Below, in pieces: positions 31,129-41,785 of a stretch of 43,690 nt of DNA; the stretch's first letter is position 1, and each line of letters begins with the position of its first letter. The position numbers were made by a program, and so were the translations under genes. The stretch comes from a virus, in the IMG/VR virus record IMGVR_UViG_3300028830_000013, positions 1-43,690 of that record; one strand, 5' to 3'. The notes below the pieces were generated by a model that saw nothing but the letters and a program-made list of their open reading frames with translations, was not told where the DNA came from and ran no database searches.

Positions 31129-33288
31129 ATGCCGCGCATTCCATCAGACGGCTTCTATGCCGACTCCAGCGCCTCGGTGGCGCTTAATCCGGTCCGCGGC
31201 ATGTCGCCCGCCGAGGCTGCGCTGCCGGGGCAGCAGTTGCAGGAGTTCGGCGACGCGCTGACAGGCGCCGGAACGCAGGCGATGCGGATTGCCACGGACA
31301 TGCAGGAGCATGTCAATCAAGTCGCGCTCATGGATGCAATGAACAAGGCGCGGGCCTCGGCGCTGGACCTGACCTACAACACCCAGACCGGTTACGAGGC
31401 GATCAAGGGCGAAGCGGCACTCAAGCGGCCGGAAGGCGCCTCTCTGCCAGACGAGTTCGCCGGCAAGCTGGAAAAATCCATCGGCGAAATCAGTGCCGGC
31501 CTGGGCAACGAACGCCAGCGGCTCGACTTCCAATTGCGCGCCAATGAAATGGTGACATCGTTTCGCGGGCAGGTGGCGTCTCACCTTGAGCGCGAGTTTC
31601 AGTCGCACGCGCTGTCCGTGGCGGATGGCACGCTGAAGCTGTCAGCCGACGATGCAAAGCGCAACTGGAATGACCCGGAGAAGGTTGCCGTCAACGTGCT
31701 GCAGGCCAAGGCTGCCGTGGTGCGCGCCGGCCAGATTCGCGGCGAATCGGCAACCGAAATCGAGGCCAAGACGCGCCTTGCCACGAGCAACGTGCATGCC
31801 GGCGTGATCGGCGCGGCGCTCGAGTCGAACAACCCGAGCTATGCGGTGCGCTACCTGCAGAAGTATTCCGGCGAGATGACGGCTGACGATCTGCTCAAGG
31901 CGAACGGCATCATTACCAGAACGATGGACTCGGCGCAGGCGAGGCAGGCCGTCGATCAGACCACCCGGCAATTCGCGGCGGACCTGCAGCCGACCGAAAA
32001 GGATCGCGCCTTCCGCATCCTGATCGGCACCGAATCGCGCGGGCGGCAATTCGACAAGTACGGCCAGCCACTTGCCAGCCCCACGGGGGCAATCGGCATT
32101 GCGCAGGTGATGCCGAAGACAGCGCCGGAAGCGGCCCGGCTCGCTGGGCTGCCGTGGGATGAAGAGCGTTACCGCACCGATGCGAAGTACAACATGGCGT
32201 TGGGCGCGGCGTACTTCGAAAAGCAGCTGCAGACCTTCGGCGGCAATCTGCCGATGGCCTATGCCGCCTACAACGCCGGGCCGGGCGCGCTCAAGACCGC
32301 GATGAAGGTCGCCAGCGCGGCCGGAAAGCCTGAGCAATGGCTATCGCTGATGCCGAATGAGACACAGGACTATGTGCGCAAGAACATGAAGGAGTACGAG
32401 GCCGGCACAAGCGCAGATTCCATGCCTTCCATGTTGACCTTCGTCAATAACGCGCTGGATCGTCTTGGGGCGAATCCGCGTCCCGAGGTGGCGCAGCTCA
32501 CACGGCAGGCGGCGGAGCATCAATACCGGCTGATCGAGCAGGACCAGAAAGACCGCAAGGAAGCCGTCATAGCCAACACTATGCGGGAACTCGAGAAGAA
32601 CGGCGGGCGCTATTCAGAACTTCCGGCATCTCTGCTCTCTCATATCCCGCCCGACAAGCGCGACGACATGCGCAATTACGGCAGTCGCGTCTCCAAGGGA
32701 GACGACGTGACCGCCCCGGCCGTGTATCTGAAACTGGTCGATGACAATTACCTCAAAGGGTTGTCCGACAACGCCTTCTATGCGCTGCGCGGCGAACTGT
32801 CCGAATCGGATTTCAAGCACTTCGCCAAGGCGCGCGAAACACTTCGCAGCGGGAAAGAGAAAGCGAACACGGCAGGCGATCTGAATACCGGCGCCATCAA
32901 TGCCGTGCTGTCTGACCGGCTGCGAATGATGGGGCGCGACCCGACGCCGAAGGAGGGCAGCAGAGAAGCGCAGTTGATCGGGGCCATGCACAAGACGATC
33001 CGCGAGTCGATCCTGAACGCGCAGGCTGCGACCGGCAAGAAAATGACCGACGACGAGGTCGAGAAGCACGTCGACGGACTGTTTGCAAAGTCGGCGAGCT
33101 TCCGATCGACATTCCTCGGCATGCCTTATGGTGACGTGAAGTCTCAGCAGCTTTTCGGCATGACGCCGGGAGATATCCCGTCTGATGTGCGCGAGAAACT
33201 GAAGGCCGATTTCGCGGCGCGCGGCATCAAGCCGACCGAAGCCGACTATCTCGGCGCCTACTGGAAAGCCAAACTCGCATCCCGCTGA
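31129..33288 (+). CDS. Internal virion protein with lytic transglycosylase (SLT) domain
   Basis: LIGTESRGRQ...GAIGIAQVMPKTA...AAYNAGPGAL is the SLT signature. Confidence 0.75.
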   Translation: MPRIPSDGFYADSSASVALNPVRGMSPAEAALPGQQLQEFGDALTGAGTQAMRIATDMQEHVNQVALMDAMNKARASALDLTYNTQTGYEAIKGEAALKRPEGASLPDEFAGKLEKSIGEISAGLGNERQRLDFQLRANEMVTSFRGQVASHLEREFQSHALSVADGTLKLSADDAKRNWNDPEKVAVNVLQAKAAVVRAGQIRGESATEIEAKTRLATSNVHAGVIGAALESNNPSYAVRYLQKYSGEMTADDLLKANGIITRTMDSAQARQAVDQTTRQFAADLQPTEKDRAFRILIGTESRGRQFDKYGQPLASPTGAIGIAQVMPKTAPEAARLAGLPWDEERYRTDAKYNMALGAAYFEKQLQTFGGNLPMAYAAYNAGPGALKTAMKVASAAGKPEQWLSLMPNETQDYVRKNMKEYEAGTSADSMPSMLTFVNNALDRLGANPRPEVAQLTRQAAEHQYRLIEQDQKDRKEAVIANTMRELEKNGGRYSELPASLLSHIPPDKRDDMRNYGSRVSKGDDVTAPAVYLKLVDDNYLKGLSDNAFYALRGELSESDFKHFAKARETLRSGKEKANTAGDLNTGAINAVLSDRLRMMGRDPTPKEGSREAQLIGAMHKTIRESILNAQAATGKKMTDDEVEKHVDGLFAKSASFRSTFLGMPYGDVKSQQLFGMTPGDIPSDVREKLKADFAARGIKPTEADYLGAYWKAKLASR

Positions 33289-33291
33289 CAC

Positions 33292-36200
33292 ATGAACGAA
33301 ATCGATACCGGCGCTGCCGTTGATTCCTGGTTGAACGAACGCATTGACCCGGCATTCGGTGCGCGCATCAACTACGCCTTGTCGCTGGACGCGAAGCCCG
33401 ATTACGAGGCCGATTTGCGTCGCGCGGCCGAGAAAACCGGCGTGCCGCTGGACTCGGCGCGCAGTTTCCCGGACGACGTGAAGAAGCAAGCGCAGATCGA
33501 GGCGATAGACTGGCAGTCGCTCGCGCAGGAATTCCCGCATACCGCGCGCTACCTCAACAACCTGGACAATGCGCGTCTGTCGCACGACGACATCGGCAAT
33601 CTGACTGAGATAGAACGGGGCGTGCTCGGCATGGTGACAGAGCCGATCGCGCGAGGGCTTGCGTCCGGCAAGCGTGGCATCTCGCTGGCGATCAGCAACA
33701 TGGGCTTGCTCCGAGGGCTGGATGAACAGCGGCAAGCCGCAGCGGCAGCGCACGGGCTTCGCTACGATCCGGGCATCGATTCTGCGATTCTGCTCGCGCA
33801 GCAGCAGCGCGGGGTCGAGCGCTATCCGGTCCCGCCGGCCATCGCTGAAGGCATGCAGAAGATTGGTCAGGCCAAAGGCATGGTGGAAGCCCTTGGCGCA
33901 ATATTTGAGCATCCTTCTGCCGTTGCAGAGACAGCGCTGCAATCCATGGGGTCAAGCGCTCCGGCGCTGGTTGGCGCGGTCGCCGGGTCGTCGATGGGAC
34001 CGGTTGGCACAGGGGCGGGCGCGGGAGCCGGCAGTTTCGCTGTCGAGTATGGCAACACCTTGCAGGAGGTGATGGCCGATCACGGTGTCGATTCGAGCGA
34101 CCCCTATGCGATCTATGCCGCGCTGAACAATCCGCGCCTGATGGCGATTGCGCGCGACAAGGCGGGCAAGCGCGCGGTATCGGTGGCGACGTTCGACGCG
34201 CTGACGGCAGGGCTTGCAGGGCGCATCCTCGCAGCGGCGCGGCCTGGCGCGATGGGCGTGACGAAGGCGGTCGGCGGTGAACTTGGGCTGCAGGCCGGCG
34301 GTGGCGCCGCTGGCGAAGCGGTCGCGCAGCTCGGTACCGATGAGTACAAGCCGGGCGACATCCTGATGGAAGCGATCGCGGAGATCCCGTCTGGTGTCGT
34401 GGAAGTACCGGCGAACGTGCGCCATGCGATCGAGAACGGCCAATGGAACCAGCGGCGGGCAGAGATTGCCCATCAGGACGCACAAGCCATCGCCGCGCTA
34501 TCCCAGATTGCCGCCGCCTCCAAGGTGCGCCAGCGCGATGCGGCGACGTTCGAGGCGTTCGTCAAGGGCGTGACCGAGGATGGCCCGGTCGAAAATCTGT
34601 ACATCGACGCCAATGCGCTGATGCAGTCGGGTGTGGCCGAGCAGGTCGCGCAAGCCTCGCCGGCCGTGGCCGAGCAGCTTGAGATGGCGGCAGCCACGGG
34701 CGGGCAGATCCGCATCCCGCTGGCAGAATACGCTGCCACGCTGGCCGGGCAGTTCGATGCGCAGCTGATCCCGAACCTCAAGACCGACCCGCAGGGCTTC
34801 AGTCAGGCCGAAGCGGTCGAGTACATGCAGACGCAGGGCGAAACGCTGCGGCAGGAATTCCAGCGCGTGCTGGCCGAGCAGCAGGACGACGCGACATTCA
34901 AGGCCTCGGCCGAGACGGTCAAGGCCGGCGTGCTTGGGCAACTGGACGCAACCGGCCGGTTCACCGGCGAGGTGCGCGACGCCTATGCCTCGTTCGTGTC
35001 GAACTATTACGCCGTCACGGCCGCGAAGCTCGGCACGACACCGGACGCGCTGTTCGCGCAGTATCCGCTGCGGGTCGTGGCGGAGGGCGTTGAGTGGGCG
35101 CAATTCGAGCAGGCGGCGAATACAGCCACACAGCAGGCCATGGAGAAATGGAAGGCGTCACTGTCGAACGTCTCGCAGCAGCGTTTGAACTACGCTCCGG
35201 CGCTTGAAACACCGACAGTCCTGCGCTCGATGGGGGTGAAGGAATCGAAGCTCTCGTTTCCGACGCGCATCATCCAGGAAAACCATCTGCGGCATCCGGA
35301 CGTGCCGATGTCTGTCTATGAGAACCTGCCGGCGCTGCTGGCTGACCCCTTGTTCATCTACACGCACAAGGACGGCGGGCTGCGGGCGATCATCGACGCA
35401 ACGACGGAGAACGGAGAACCCATCGCTGTCGGTATAGGGCAGCGCATCCAGACGATAACGCCGATCCACGACAGCGATACCGAGACCGGAGTGCAGCGCG
35501 TTCATGCCGCAGTTGCGCGTGCGGCTCAGCAACCTGGCACAAAGGTCTACGCCAGAAACGAAGAAGCCCTCGTAAAGACGAGGGCTTCGGTTGGGGCGCC
35601 TTCTGGCACGATTCCATTACGGCGGGATTCCCACAACAGAGCCACTATATTCACCCGCCAGCATCTTGTCAAACGGCTCGGGGATGACTTCTACCAGGGC
35701 GGTGGCGCCCGCGGCTCTTTCAGCCCGTCGACCAACACCATCGCGCTGCTGAAGAACGCCGACCTCTCGACATTCCTGCACGAAACCGGGCATTTCTTCC
35801 TCGAAATGACCGCCGACCTCGCGGACCGGACCGACGCGCCGGCTGCGCTGCGGCAGGACATGCAGACCCTGCTCGACTGGTTCGGCGTCAAGGATCTCGC
35901 CGAGTGGTCCGCGCTGTCGATGGACGAGAAGCGCGCCTACCACGAGAAATGGGCCGAAGGGTTCGAGAAATACCTGTTCGAGGGCAAGGCGCCGTCGCTC
36001 GAAATGCAGGGACTGTTCCAGCGCTTCCGCGCGTGGATGCTCAACGTCTACAAGTCGCTCAAGGCGATGCGCGTCGAACTGACCGACGAAGTGCGCGGCG
36101 TGATGGACCGCATGCTGGCGACGACCGAGCAGATCCAGTCCGCCGAGATGGCGCGCTCGATGCTGCCGCTGTTCCAGACGCCCGAGCAGGCCGGCATGAC

Positions 36201-39200
36201 GCCGGAGGAATTCAAGGCGTACCACGACCAGGCGCTGCAGGCCACGCAGGATGCCATCGAGGAACTGCAAAGCCGCGGGCTGCGCGACATGCAGTGGCTG
36301 GCGGGGGCGAAGTCGCGCGAGTTGCGGCGGCTGCAGGCCGGGGCGAAGAACCTGCGCGCCGAGGTGCGCCGGGAGGTGGCGGCCGAGGTTGGCGCCCAGC
36401 CGGTCTATCGAGCTATGCGCTTCCTTCGCTACGGCGAGTTGGAGATTCCGCCGGATTCCAACCGCACACAGCGACGCATCGCCCAGGAGGCAAACCTCAG
36501 CGGTACCAAGCTCTCCCTGCCCGCGCTCAAAAAAATGTACGGAGAAGAAGGCAACGCGATCTGGCGCAACCTCTCTACCGGCAAGACGGGGCTTGCCGCA
36601 ACCGAAGGCATGCACCCTGACATGGTGGCGGAGCTATTCGGCTTCACCTCGGGGGATCACCTGGTGCGCGAGCTGCTCGCCGCCGACCCGATGAAGGATG
36701 TCGTCGAGGCCATCACCGACCAACACATGCTGGAACGCCATGGTGACCTTGCCACACCGCAGGCACTGGAACGCGCGGCCGATGCCGCGATCCACAATGC
36801 GGCCCGTGCCCGCTTCGTGACGACCGAATACAACGCGCTCGCGCAGGCCACGGGACAGCCCAGGATCATTGCCGAAGCGGCGCGGCAACTCGCCGGCGAC
36901 ATGATCGCGCGCCAGCGCTTGCGCGACCTGAGGTCCGGGCAATATACCGGGGCCGAGGCGAAGGCTGCCCGTGCGGCGCAGAAGGCCATGAATGCCGGCG
37001 ACCTTGCCGGCGCGGCCGCACAGCAGCGCAACCGGGTGCTGAACCTGAATCTGGCCCGCGCGGTGCATCAGGCGCAGAACGAGGAGCAGGTCGGCGTGCG
37101 CTACCTGCGGAAGTTCGGCAAGGCGTCCGTGCGCAGGAACATCGACGCCGACTATACCGACCAGATCGATGCGCTGCTGGAACGCTACGACCTCGGCACA
37201 CTCAGCAACAAGGCGGCGGACAAGCGCGCCCGGCTGGCCGACTGGATCGAGTCGCAGAAGAAGCAGGGCATCGAGCCCGACCTGCCGGCGCATCTGCTGG
37301 ATGAAGCGCAGCGCAAGCCGTACCGGGATATGACGGTCGAGGAGTTTCGCGGGCTGGTGGCAGCCGTGAAGAAGATTGAACACCTCGGCCGGCTGAAGAA
37401 CCGCCTGCTGACGGCCCGCGATCAGCAGAACTACGAGGCGGCGCGTGACGAGATCGTGGCCAGCATCATCGAACATGCTGGGGACCGCAAAGCAGACACC
37501 CGAGAACCCGTCACGGCGATGGGGCGGTCCACGAAGGGGCTGCGCCAGTTCTTTGCCTCGCACCTGCGCGCCTCGTCGATCGCGCGCATTCTCGATGGCG
37601 GCAGGGATGGCGGGCCGGTGTGGGAATACCTGATCCGCCCGGCGAACGATCGCGCAGACATGGAAACCGTGATGCGCCAGCAGGCCACGGAACAACTGAC
37701 GGCAATCCTGAAGCCGGTCCTCGCACTCGGCAAGATGGAAGGCAAGGGAACGTTCTTTCCGTCGCTGAAGACCAGCCTGAACCGCGAACAGCGCATTGCC
37801 ATCGCGCTGAACACGGGCAACGTCGGCAATATGCAGAGGCTGTTAGACGGCGAGGGGTGGTCACGCGAGCAGATCGCGCCGGTTCTGCAAAGCCTGAGCG
37901 TCGAGGAGTGGCGCGCGGTGCAGGCGATATGGGACCACTTCGAGCAGTACCGTCCGCTGATCGCGGAAAAGGAACGGCGCGTTTATGGCGTCGAGCCAGA
38001 GTGGGTGCAGCCGGTTCCGTTTGTGGCGCTCGCTGCGGATGGTTCGCAGGTTGCTATGCGCGGCGGTTACTACCCGGTCAAGTACGACCCGAATGCGTCG
38101 ATGCGTGCCGAGGAGCACGCCGACGCCGAGGACGCCAAGGCTATGATGCAGGCCGGATACACGTCCGCCACGACGCGGCGCAGTTTCACCAAGGCACGTG
38201 TCGAGGAGGTCAAGGGGCGCCCGCTGCTCTACTCGCTGGCCGGGCTGTATTCCGGGGTCAATGAGGTCATCCACGACTTGAGTTGGCACGAGTTCCTGAT
38301 CGATGCCAACAAGCTGATGCGATCCGACTCGATCGACGAAGCAATCCGAGAAGCCTATGGGCCAGAGTGGAAGGAGCAGTTCAAAACCTGGCTGCGCGAC
38401 GTGGCGCAGGGCGACCGGCAAATCCTGCACCCGATGGAGCGCGCGGTTGGCCGCTTGCGTCATGGCGTGTCCATTGCAGGGCTGGGCTTCAACGTCATGT
38501 CGGCAGCCATCCAGCCGCTTGGTTTCACGCAATCAATCGTCAGGATCGGCCCAAAATACGCCGCGCAGGGGTTGGGCCGCCTGTTCGCCAACCCGCTGCA
38601 ACTGTCGCGCGACATCAACGCGAAGTCCATATTCATGGAAGAGCGGGCGCGTACCCGATTCCGCGAGTTGAACGAGTTGCGCAACCAGGTGCAGGGCAAG
38701 ACGACCGCCATGCAGCAGATGGAACGTTACGCCTACAGCATGATGCTGACCATGCAGCGCGCGGTGGACCTGCCGACATGGTGGGGCGCCTACGAAAAGG
38801 CGCAGGCGGAAGGCAACGACGAAGCACGATCCGTCGCCCTGGCGGATCAGGCCGTGAAGGATTCGCAGGGGTCGGGCATGACGATGGACCTGTCCGCCAT
38901 CGAGCGCGGCGGGCCGTTCGTCAAGCTGTTTACGACCTTCTACACCTTCATGGGGTCCGCCTTCAATCTCGGCGTGACGCAGACCATGGCGGCCGACACG
39001 GCGGCAAAACGGGCAAAGCTTACCTCCGATTACCTGCTGATCTATGTCCTGCCGCCCGCCATGGGACTGGCGCTCAAGGCCGCATTGACTCCTGGCGATT
39101 CAGGCGACGACGATCCGGAGAAGCTGGCGAAAAAGCTGGCGGCAGAGCAGGTGAGTTTCCTGATGGGCATGATGGTCGGACTGCGCGAGTTCTCCAACGT

Positions 39201-39465
39201 CTCGAGTGTGATCACTGGCAAGCCGAACGACTACGCCGGACCGGCAGGGCTGCGTGCGGTGTCGGATTCGATCAAGCTATCGCAGCAGACGGCGCAAGGC
39301 GAGTTCGATACCGCTTTCCGCAAGGCATTTGTCAACACGGCCGGCGACTTCTTCGGTCTGCCGTCTGCCCAACTCAATCGCTCGATCACCGGCATCGAAG
39401 CGCTCAGTGAGGGCAAGACCGACAACCCGGCTGCTGTCATTTTTGGTTATCAGGAACCCCGCTGA
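33292..39465 (+). CDS. Giant (2057 aa) polyvalent virion / ejection protein with a zincin-like HExxH module
   Basis: One uninterrupted ORF. It has an N-terminal Gly/Ala-rich hydrophobic region and a block containing FLHETGHFFLE...YHEKWAEGFEKYLFEG that resembles polyvalent-protein metallopeptidase modules. All antisense ORFs across it are shadows. Confidence 0.75.
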   Translation: MNEIDTGAAVDSWLNERIDPAFGARINYALSLDAKPDYEADLRRAAEKTGVPLDSARSFPDDVKKQAQIEAIDWQSLAQEFPHTARYLNNLDNARLSHDDIGNLTEIERGVLGMVTEPIARGLASGKRGISLAISNMGLLRGLDEQRQAAAAAHGLRYDPGIDSAILLAQQQRGVERYPVPPAIAEGMQKIGQAKGMVEALGAIFEHPSAVAETALQSMGSSAPALVGAVAGSSMGPVGTGAGAGAGSFAVEYGNTLQEVMADHGVDSSDPYAIYAALNNPRLMAIARDKAGKRAVSVATFDALTAGLAGRILAAARPGAMGVTKAVGGELGLQAGGGAAGEAVAQLGTDEYKPGDILMEAIAEIPSGVVEVPANVRHAIENGQWNQRRAEIAHQDAQAIAALSQIAAASKVRQRDAATFEAFVKGVTEDGPVENLYIDANALMQSGVAEQVAQASPAVAEQLEMAAATGGQIRIPLAEYAATLAGQFDAQLIPNLKTDPQGFSQAEAVEYMQTQGETLRQEFQRVLAEQQDDATFKASAETVKAGVLGQLDATGRFTGEVRDAYASFVSNYYAVTAAKLGTTPDALFAQYPLRVVAEGVEWAQFEQAANTATQQAMEKWKASLSNVSQQRLNYAPALETPTVLRSMGVKESKLSFPTRIIQENHLRHPDVPMSVYENLPALLADPLFIYTHKDGGLRAIIDATTENGEPIAVGIGQRIQTITPIHDSDTETGVQRVHAAVARAAQQPGTKVYARNEEALVKTRASVGAPSGTIPLRRDSHNRATIFTRQHLVKRLGDDFYQGGGARGSFSPSTNTIALLKNADLSTFLHETGHFFLEMTADLADRTDAPAALRQDMQTLLDWFGVKDLAEWSALSMDEKRAYHEKWAEGFEKYLFEGKAPSLEMQGLFQRFRAWMLNVYKSLKAMRVELTDEVRGVMDRMLATTEQIQSAEMARSMLPLFQTPEQAGMTPEEFKAYHDQALQATQDAIEELQSRGLRDMQWLAGAKSRELRRLQAGAKNLRAEVRREVAAEVGAQPVYRAMRFLRYGELEIPPDSNRTQRRIAQEANLSGTKLSLPALKKMYGEEGNAIWRNLSTGKTGLAATEGMHPDMVAELFGFTSGDHLVRELLAADPMKDVVEAITDQHMLERHGDLATPQALERAADAAIHNAARARFVTTEYNALAQATGQPRIIAEAARQLAGDMIARQRLRDLRSGQYTGAEAKAARAAQKAMNAGDLAGAAAQQRNRVLNLNLARAVHQAQNEEQVGVRYLRKFGKASVRRNIDADYTDQIDALLERYDLGTLSNKAADKRARLADWIESQKKQGIEPDLPAHLLDEAQRKPYRDMTVEEFRGLVAAVKKIEHLGRLKNRLLTARDQQNYEAARDEIVASIIEHAGDRKADTREPVTAMGRSTKGLRQFFASHLRASSIARILDGGRDGGPVWEYLIRPANDRADMETVMRQQATEQLTAILKPVLALGKMEGKGTFFPSLKTSLNREQRIAIALNTGNVGNMQRLLDGEGWSREQIAPVLQSLSVEEWRAVQAIWDHFEQYRPLIAEKERRVYGVEPEWVQPVPFVALAADGSQVAMRGGYYPVKYDPNASMRAEEHADAEDAKAMMQAGYTSATTRRSFTKARVEEVKGRPLLYSLAGLYSGVNEVIHDLSWHEFLIDANKLMRSDSIDEAIREAYGPEWKEQFKTWLRDVAQGDRQILHPMERAVGRLRHGVSIAGLGFNVMSAAIQPLGFTQSIVRIGPKYAAQGLGRLFANPLQLSRDINAKSIFMEERARTRFRELNELRNQVQGKTTAMQQMERYAYSMMLTMQRAVDLPTWWGAYEKAQAEGNDEARSVALADQAVKDSQGSGMTMDLSAIERGGPFVKLFTTFYTFMGSAFNLGVTQTMAADTAAKRAKLTSDYLLIYVLPPAMGLALKAALTPGDSGDDDPEKLAKKLAAEQVSFLMGMMVGLREFSNVSSVITGKPNDYAGPAGLRAVSDSIKLSQQTAQGEFDTAFRKAFVNTAGDFFGLPSAQLNRSITGIEALSEGKTDNPAAVIFGYQEPR

Positions 39466-39477
39466 CGCCGGCATGGC

Positions 39478-39490
39478 GGGCACATAACGC
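39478..39490 (+). repeat. Copy 3 of the 13-mer GGGCACATAACGC
   Basis: Exact match, 47 nt upstream of ATG 39538. Confidence 0.8.
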
Positions 39491-39537
39491 GGGAATCGGC
39501 AGGGACAATTGCGGCGTTCTCTGAGAGGGCACCACGC

Positions 39538-41502
39538 ATGACCATTTCCTCCGAAGACCGCGTTGCCGGTCCCTTTGCCGGCAACGGCATCACCGTTGCA
39601 TTCCCCTTTGCGTTCAAGGTTTTCTCCGGCGCCGATCTGCGGGTGATCCACACCGACGTGGATGGGGTCGAGTCAGACCAAACGCTGACGACGCATTACA
39701 CGGTATCGCTCAACGCCGATCAGGATGTGTCACCGGGCGGCACGGTCACGATGGTAACGGCGCCGGCTTCGGGGACGAAACTGACCGTGACGACGGATAT
39801 TGACTCGCTGCAGACAGCCGACCTGACCAACGGTGGCGGCTTCTATCCGCAGGTGATTGAAAACGCGCTAGACCGTAGCGTGATGCTGATCCAGCAGATC
39901 GAAGAGCAGGTAGGCCGTGCCGTTACGGTGCCGATTTCGTCGGGGCTCGGCGCGGGCGCGTTGCCGTCTCCGCTCGCCTCCGCGCTGCTCGGGTGGAATG
40001 CAATCGGCAACGGACTGCAGAACTACCCGCCCTCGGACCCGTCCGCCTTCTCGGCTGCGTTTGGTTCGACAGCGGGCGCCGGTCTTGTCGGGTTTTCGCA
40101 CGCGTCGAGCTATCCGGCATCGACCGTCGGAGCGACCCTGCGGGCTCGCGGCATCTGTGTCAAGGACGCGCCCTACAACGCGACCGGCGACGGTTCGACG
40201 GACGATCAGGCCGCGATTCAGGCCGCGATCGACGCGGCATCCGCAACCGGCGGTGCGGTCTACTTCCCGGCAGGAACCTATCTCGTTGCGTCATCCCTGA
40301 CGCTCAAACCGCGCGTGATCCTGCTTGGCGATGCCGATGCGCAAATCAAATGGGTCGGCGGCGCGGGAACGGTCATCACCAGCGGCACAACGACGCTACT
40401 GTACGAATCCGGCATCTGCGGCATCGACATCGATTCGAACACCGCGACGACCGCGCTGCTGCTCAACTCGCCGACGTTCTGCCGCTTCGAAAACATTCGC
40501 ATCTCGGCCAATTCGGCCGCGCAGGTCTGTATCGATATACAGTGCAACGGCTCTGGCGAAACCAACGCATGGGGCAACCGCAACGCCTGGGCCAACCGCT
40601 TCGACGCGATCTGGCAAGACGGCACCTGCGGCACCGGCCTGCGCATGCAGGGCGACGGCCCGACCGGCGGGCCGCCCACGGCTGTCGTCACGCTGAACAC
40701 CTTCCGCCACGTGCTGTTCACCGGCATTGCGGTGCGCGGATTCGACTTCGCGGAATGGGTGGATTCGAACTACTTCGATGGCATCAGCTACGCCTATCTG
40801 ATCGCAAACAACGCGGTCGGCGCCGAGTTCAACACGGCAAACCCGACCGGCAATCACGGGGTCTATGCGAACAACTTTTCGCACCTTGCCGTGGATTCCT
40901 TCGGCGTCTATACCGGTCGCGTCGCGCTGAAGCTGAACTACTGCAAGAACATCCTGATAGACAACTTCTTCAACGACCCGATAGCCGAGGGCGGGGATAT
41001 CGTGGTGTCGGCGACGGATACCTACTCGTATCGCATCGGGCACCATAAAGGCGGCACGAACGAGGTGCGCATTCTCGAGAAAGGGATGGTCCACTACGGT
41101 GGCGCGGTATTCCGCGGCGTCTCGACCGAGACGGTCGGCATCGAGGTCGGGAACGGGCGGACGGGAGACGGCGTTTCGAACATCGATCTGGTCGGCGACG
41201 CGACTTACACCGATTTTGGTCTGCGCATCGTCCGCAATGCCGGGGCGAACGCGAATTCTCAAGTCATTCATCGCGGCACAGGCGTGTTGTCGCTGTACAT
41301 GCAGGATGCCGGCAGCGCATTCAACCTATACAACTCGGCAGGGACGGTGCTGATTGCTGCAAACGATACCGGGATCGGCTTCCACGGCACGGCGCCAATC
41401 GCCAAGCCTACCGTCACCGGATCAAAGGCCAGCAACGCGGCGCTTGCCTCGCTATGCACAGCACTGGCCAACCTTGGCTGGATTACCAATAGCACAACGT
41501 AA
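39538..41502 (+). CDS. Tailspike with a pectate-lyase-type right-handed beta-helix (depolymerase)
   Basis: YNATGDGSTDDQAAIQAAIDAASATGGAVYFPAGTYLV is the Pectate_lyase_3-type N-terminal motif. Confidence 0.75.
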   Translation: MTISSEDRVAGPFAGNGITVAFPFAFKVFSGADLRVIHTDVDGVESDQTLTTHYTVSLNADQDVSPGGTVTMVTAPASGTKLTVTTDIDSLQTADLTNGGGFYPQVIENALDRSVMLIQQIEEQVGRAVTVPISSGLGAGALPSPLASALLGWNAIGNGLQNYPPSDPSAFSAAFGSTAGAGLVGFSHASSYPASTVGATLRARGICVKDAPYNATGDGSTDDQAAIQAAIDAASATGGAVYFPAGTYLVASSLTLKPRVILLGDADAQIKWVGGAGTVITSGTTTLLYESGICGIDIDSNTATTALLLNSPTFCRFENIRISANSAAQVCIDIQCNGSGETNAWGNRNAWANRFDAIWQDGTCGTGLRMQGDGPTGGPPTAVVTLNTFRHVLFTGIAVRGFDFAEWVDSNYFDGISYAYLIANNAVGAEFNTANPTGNHGVYANNFSHLAVDSFGVYTGRVALKLNYCKNILIDNFFNDPIAEGGDIVVSATDTYSYRIGHHKGGTNEVRILEKGMVHYGGAVFRGVSTETVGIEVGNGRTGDGVSNIDLVGDATYTDFGLRIVRNAGANANSQVIHRGTGVLSLYMQDAGSAFNLYNSAGTVLIAANDTGIGFHGTAPIAKPTVTGSKASNAALASLCTALANLGWITNSTT

Positions 41503-41509
41503 CCGTGCC

Positions 41510-41785
41510 ATGACAGACTGGAAAACCTTTGTACCCTTCGTGCTCGCCACCGGACAGCACCCGCCGCTGAACATGACCCGCGTGATCGAGAGTCTGATCA
41601 TCGCGGCCGTGACAGGCGCAATCACCATGTGGGGCGTGCAGCAGCAGGTGCAGGTAGAAATCAATGCGCTCAAGGTGCAGAACGTTCGCATCGAGGCAGC
41701 GTTGGCGGAGTTGCAGAATGGCGTGCATCGCATCGACGTAGCGCAGGCGCGCGCCGAGGCGCGGCAGGATGGGGCGCGCAAGTGA
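41510..41785 (+). CDS. Lysis-associated membrane protein (1 TM plus coiled coil; holin or i-spanin-like)
   Basis: TM segment LIIAAVTGAITMWGV followed by a heptad region. It overlaps the endolysin start (GTGA). Confidence 0.45.
   Translation: MTDWKTFVPFVLATGQHPPLNMTRVIESLIIAAVTGAITMWGVQQQVQVEINALKVQNVRIEAALAELQNGVHRIDVAQARAEARQDGARK

Noticed and set aside
33659-39410. Many 80-375-aa ORFs on both strands within the giant gene (for example 33692..34483, 35617..36615, 36634..37695 and 38283..39410).
   Set aside because: All are off-frame or antisense shadows with Arg/Pro/Gly-rich composition. The 6174-nt frame is uninterrupted and has the expected codon bias.
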